Made by a program: the position numbers and the translations under genes. A DNA stretch of 64,000 bases from Marsupella aquatica (lineage: Eukaryota > Plantae > Marchantiophyta), in NCBI GenBank assembly GCA_973895155.1, contig OZ316892.1, positions 293,746 through 357,745 on the forward strand, in the 5' to 3' direction. Under the pieces are notes generated by a model that saw only the letters and a program-made list of their open reading frames with translations, had not been told where the DNA came from and made no database searches. Below are positions 58,543-64,000 of the stretch, in pieces. Within the stretch, counting starts at the first letter, position 1. Each line of letters begins with the position of its first letter.

Positions 58543-61500
58543 ACAGGAATCACTCGGCCGGTTAAGTGGGTAAAGCAGGAAGGCACCCTAGGAACACCTT
58601 AGTATAGGGACAAAACAAGGAAAATATAAACAATTAGGGGCAACCATGGAACCCGGGCCGAGGCCGGAGGTAAGGCTGAGGGTGAAAACCCGATTAGGGT
58701 TAGGGCGCGTTAAGCGTCGGCGGCTAGGAAGGATCAACGGGAAGAAGGACCAGCAGAGGAGAGGGGTAAGGAGCGCTTGCAGGAGATGGTGGCTCATTTG
58801 CGAGCACGAACTAGGCAGACGACTACGGGAGGCCAACTACTGTCAGCTGCTTAGGCAAGCACTCGGGAGAGAGTAGATACCGACGATCGACCTAAGGAGG
58901 GTATGAGCAACGTCAATCAAGCGGCACATTTCTGGGGATGCCTGTTCGAACGGGCAACTGAGTACATCAAGACTTACGAGGACGAGGAGTCAGAAAGGGC
59001 AGCTCGAGAACGGCAGGAGCTCGCTCGATTGTGGGAGCTGCACAAGACGGCTTTCTTAGGAGGCGAACTCATCAAGGACGAGTTCCTGTGGACGCCTACT
59101 TCCAATCAACTCGACGATCTTCTGTTTTGCAAAGACAGCGTCGTCGGCATCCGAGAGGCCATCAAGAACTGCAACGACATACACTGGGAATTAAAGGGTA
59201 GCACGGAAAGGTGGACCCGGGCAACGGTGCTAGGAGAAACCTCCACGGCAGCAGAGATGAAGAGGAAGGGAGCCGTCAACGATGAAGCCACCCCGGCAAA
59301 AAGAACGAGGTCGGCGGCACCAAAGAAGCCAGCCGAGCAGCAGAGCAGGAGGTAGGGAGAAGCCGAAGAGGAGGAGGTCGATCCCATCAAGGCCATTCCA
59401 ACCAGGGATGACACCTAGAAGGGCTGGGCGGCAACCCTACCGGTGGAGGTGCAACTACATTTTGCACGGGAGGAGGATGCATGCTTTACGGCCATGCAGA
59501 CCAAGAAGTACCAAGGCTTCATGGCCGGATCCGGCTTGGAGGCCTTTGTAAGATTACCATGGCTGAAGCCGGAGGTACCGGAGTCAGACCTATTAGAATT
59601 CGTGGGGTCATGGGAACCCGAGACCAATTGCACGAGGATATATGGGAAGGATTTCTATCTTACTCCCAAGGTAATTGCCGAAGTGTTTGGCTTGCCGATG
59701 GGCAATAAGACCAAAGTTGATACCAGGAAGACCTTGCCTGACAAGGAGTTCCGGTCGTTCCCCGGGCCATCAACGAAGAATGGCTTCTTCCGGAACACCT
59801 GCACCAACCCGCACATAGGAGAGATGATCGACTTCTTGCGGGTGACCATGCATTGTAACTTGCCGAGGGCAGAGATCGGCAAGGCACAGGTCTATCTGGC
59901 AGAAAGGCCAGACCCAAGCCGGGACTACAACGGGTGCCTCCTCAACCAATTGAAGAAGATCTTAAAGGAGGAGCAGCAGGTAATCGGCATGGGGAGCGTG
60001 TCGCGGCTTGGCTATCACATGCCGCTGTTGTGCCGGTATGCCAGAGGTCAGACTTTTGCCCCGGTACTTCCCCTGCAGGTAAGGGCACCCGAGGAAGCTC
60101 CAACACCAAGGCCGTTGGCTGAGAAGCCTCCACCACCTGTTAGTCCTACGATCGAGCAGGTGTTTAGGCCCAGGAAGGAAGACTTGCCGATGCAGCAACC
60201 AGGCATGCAGAGTCTGCTGAAACTACTGGAGAAAGAAAAGAAATCGGCATCGGCAACAACAACAACAACGGCAACGGCAACAATGCAGGACACTACTACA
60301 GAGGTAGGCCTACACCGGCTCACAAGAGAAAACCCCTTTGCTGGAGACAAGGAGAGAATCAGGCCGGAATCCAAGCCAGGTGTTCGAATGTACGTGGGAA
60401 CCTCAAGCTCCGAATCTGAGGCAGAATTGCCTGAAGCTCCTACCGACGAAGAGGAGAGGGAGAAGCCGGACGTCCAAGAGGTAGAGGAGGCAGTGGAGGA
60501 CTGCAGCCATGATAATTCCGGCTATGGGTCGGACCATCACGTTCCAGGAGTAAGGACCTGTGGCCGGTTTGTCCCCACACTTCCAAGGGTAGTGCGAGGG
60601 GACCCCAACCAGCAGAGTAGCCCTGAGTCTCCCCCACCAGATGTTGCTCCCCCGAGCTTCGACGGCATAAAACAGACGGTGCAGGAATTTCAGGAGCGAA
60701 TCAAGCAGGAGGAGGAGGCCGTCCTGGCTAAGGAAAAGGATTTACCAGGAGGAGATTGGCCGGAGGACATCAGGCGGCTAGCCAAAAAAGGAAGCAAACC
60801 TCTAGCCACGATTGAAGAGATCCGCAGGACGGCTTGGGAGCAGAGGCCGCGATGGGCGATGCCGATCACTTCTACTTACTCCACCTACGCTAAGAATAGA
60901 GCCATGGAGTATGGTGAGATGTGTGGGGAACTTGCGCTCGGCATCTTTGGAGAGGAGTTGGAGGTAGGACCCTTTTTCCATAGGGAGCAGTTGGAGAAGC
61001 ACCAATTAGCAGAAGCGGTGGCTTTAGAGAGAAGCAAGAAGGACGAGGTCATTCGGCGGCTTAGGAGGATGGAAGTCGAGATTGAAGATCTAAGGGCGGC
61101 CAAGAAAGCCCAAGATGAACTGCGGATTAAACGACATGAGCTGAACATCATGCAGGGGCAGTTGGACACCACGCAGGCTGATAATCAGAATATCAAGGAT
61201 AAACTGACTCAGACGCAGGAAGAGTTGGCCGACACGATCAAAGAGAGGGAGAAGTGGAAGCAAGAGCTGAAGAATACAGAGGAGGCCCACATAACAGCCA
61301 ACAGCCGGGCCATGGCGGAGACCCAAAGAAAGGAATGGGCGTTGAAAGGGGAGCTCGAGAAAATCCGCGGAGCCCTTGAGCAGAAGGAGGCCGAGTTAGG
61401 GAAATCCTATCAAGGGATTATGGCGCTGCAGCAGGAGCTTGCGTCCCTGACGGCCAGCTTCAAGGCTGACCTAAGGGAGAAGGACGAGATGCTCGAACAG

Positions 61501-63194
61501 ACTTACGCCAAGATGAACCAGATGGAGTCTATCATCATTGCAGAGCTCGACAAGGAGCTAAAAGCAACCCAGGAGGAGAGGACTACCTTGAAACAAGAAC
61601 GGGAGGAAGCCCAGAAGGAACTAGAGGAGGCACGCAAGGACCTGGATGAGACCCAGGAGGAGTTGGAGGAAATCACGAGGAAGATGGAGAACCTCCAGCG
61701 GCGGGCCGACAACCAAACGGAGCGGCTGAAGAAACAAGCCGCAGTATTTAGGTGCTTGTCTTCATCAGGCCCAACTCCAATTGGGGCAACCAAGTTACCA
61801 GGAGTGGTACTGGCCGAAGAAAAAGCCACGCCAACTGCACCAGTGCCGGAGGTAAGTGGGAAGGGGAAGGGACCAGCTGCCGAACCAGAAAAGAAGAAAA
61901 AGCGGAAACCTTCAGGGTCAAGGAGTAATCCGACTCCACAAGCCGTGGTGACCAAAGAGGTAGAACCAGCACCATCCTCCGACATGAATACGGCAATAGA
62001 TCCCGCTATGATCACAGGTAGGGATGGTGCGGCCCAAGCCGAACTACTCAGTAAGGAGGCCAGTATTCCAGATCCGCCTCTTGAGCAGGCCGGGGAGACC
62101 GTAGCCGAGGCTGAGGCCGTAACCGATTCTCGAGCCGATGCCGACGCCGATGGTGGACCCAGTCAGGCCGATGGAGAGTTGACTCAGTCAAGGGCAGGTA
62201 ATCTGTCAGGGAATGAGCCTACGACAGTGGCTGAGGAGGAAGCGTTGGGGGCGTCCATTAAGGATCCACCACCGGTGTCGTGACGGTGCAAGGGCGCCGT
62301 TCCTTTTAGGGAGGGCGGACGTGGAGGGAGGAGGCGTGAGTGGGCAGGGCGGGCGCGGATCTCCACGTTTAGGATTAGGATCAGAACCAGGAGCGGCCCT
62401 GACACTTAGCTTAGTGGGATTGCGGTCCCACTGGTAGGAGCAACACTTGTGCTCCTGCCTTGCTGTACATAGGTAGATTCGGGCAAGTAGATTACTGTTA
62501 AGTAGATTAGGCTTACGATGCAAAGAATGGCGGATCCACTACCAGGATAAGTACCTGGGCAGCTGGGAGCTCAGGGCCTCTTCTTTAGCAAGTTTTTAGT
62601 TTGCACCAGCCGGGCTGGGATCAAGTAGTACGAGAAGCTCTCGGTTAGTCATACAGTGACCCTTGTGTATATTCATGTTTCCTCATGCCTAAGAGCTGAA
62701 TAGAGTTGGCCTCACGGCTTAGTTCGCAGAACTTGTGTATGAGATGTACTATTTGTATGGCAAGTGCATGGTATGACTCAGTCAGAATGAGTCATTTTGC
62801 TATTTGTGTGTCGCATTAACTTGTGTGAAGAGTGCCCACATCAACAGAAGGAAGGAAAGTAAGCAGGGGAGTGAGAGTTGGATGTGTCGAGCTAAGAGAG
62901 GTCTTAGCGGCTTAACCAAGCCTATTGGGGATCATTCCGGCGGCGGAATCCAAACATACCTAACAAGACGGAGGGGAAGACAGGGGAAGGCCTATATTAG
63001 GCCGGCTACGTATCTCATGACCCGATGAAGGATCTGTCCAGTATATGTGTGTAAAATGTTAATAGTAGTAGTAGAAGGTTAGCAGCGTCCCATGCCGCTA
63101 AGCCGCGGAAACGGCCTCGCCAAGCACGAAACCTGCGGGAATCGGCTTGAGCTGGGGGGTTTCTTGGGTTTAGGGAGCCATGGGACGCACCACA
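58531..63194 (+). repeat. 3' LTR of family A copy 2 (4664 bp, mosaic)
   Basis: TG...CA termini; divergent patch at ~61560-62260. Confidence 0.93.
58646..62283 (+). pseudogene. LTR-encoded protein with a frameshift (~58866) and stops (59353, 59416)
   Basis: ORF fragments 58646..58876, 58903..59355 and 59443..62283. Confidence 0.87.
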
Positions 63195-63771
63195 GGAAGT
63201 AGGAGTCCACAAGAACTCGGCCTTGATGAGTTCGCCTCCTAAGAAAGCCGTCTTCTACAGCTCCCACAATTGAGCGAGCTCCTGCCGTTCTCGAGCTGCC
63301 CTTTCTGATTCTTCGTCCTCGTAAGTCTTGATGTACTCAGTTGCCCGTTCGAACAAGCATCCCCAGAAATGTGCCGCTTGATTGACATTGCTCATACCCT
63401 CCTTAGGTTGATCGTCAGTATCTACTCTCTCCCCGAGTGCTTGCCTAAGCAGCTGACAGTAGTTGGCCTCCCGTAGTCGTCTGCCTAGTTCGTGCTCGCA
63501 AATGAGCCACCATTCCCTGCAAGCGCTTCTTACCCCTCTCCTCTTCCGGTCCTTCCTCCCGTTGATCCTTCCTAGCCGCCGACGCTTAGCGCACCCTTAC
63601 CCTAATCTTGTTTTCACCCCCAGCGTCCTTACCTCCGGCCTCGGCCCGGGTTCCATAGTCACCCCTAATTGTTTATATTTTCCTTGTTTTATCCCTATAC
63701 TAAGGTGTTTCTAGGGTGCACTCCTGCTTTACCCACTTAACTGGCCGAGTGATTCCTGGCTAGGCATCACA
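63195..63771 (-). mobile_element. 5' 577 bp of an older family-A LTR in opposite orientation, abutting copy 2
   Basis: Reverse complement begins TGTGATGCCTAGCCAGGAATC and aligns to the LTR start with more substitutions than the young copies. Confidence 0.9.
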
Positions 63772-64000
63772 TGAAGTATTCACAATTTGTTGAAGATCTG
63801 TTCCCAGCGGTGGTAGTCTCTCATCTATTGGGGATCCCATGATAGTGTCGGGATTCTCGATGTCTGTCGGAGAAAGGTGATGTATAGTCCTAGGGGCTTC
63901 TGATTGTCCTTCGATGAACGGATGTTTTGATTGGATAGGACTCTGGGTGGGTGAATAAATGGAAGTGGGACTTATGGAGTAATACAGTTATAGGCTGGCG

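Larger units (their letters stand above)
47650..63194 (+). mobile_element. Full-length Ty3/Gypsy family A copy 2
   Basis: LTRs 47650-52306 and 58531-63194, PBS, intact gag-PR and pol ORFs. Confidence 0.96.

Noticed and set aside
63772-64000. Terminal 229 bp
   Set aside because: No recognisable motif or in-window homology; too short to call.

Overview
This is a eukaryotic, plant-like window (bryophyte or fern type is an inference) made almost entirely of nested transposable elements, with no recognisable host gene. (1) Two near-identical ~15.5-kb Ty3/Gypsy elements ('family A') lie in inverted orientation (6761-22301 -, 47650-63194 +), with three more partial LTRs. Their LTRs are ~4.66 kb and each carries a ~1200-aa ORF. 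They have a tRNA-Asn-type PBS and a -1 frameshift signal between PR and RT. (2) A second Gypsy family ('B', tRNA-Asp PBS), a 2.2-kb solo LTR, a Bianca-like Copia fragment and a 349-bp insertion with a 14-bp TSD are also present. (3) The most interesting item is two nested copies of a ~10-kb Mutator-like DNA transposon with 8-bp TSDs and asymmetric ends. It pairs a DDE/SWIM transposase with a divergently transcribed, intron-containing gene encoding a ParB/Srx-like domain (DGNHR) joined to a beta-class N4/N6 DNA-methyltransferase-like domain. Its non-coding DNA carries about 25 copies of the palindrome TAGCGCCNGGCGCTA. (4) Split TSDs, a split Copia LTR, a split gene and cross-paired LTR SNPs show that 22302-47649 is inverted relative to its original orientation, by recombination (or mis-assembly) between the two family-A elements.
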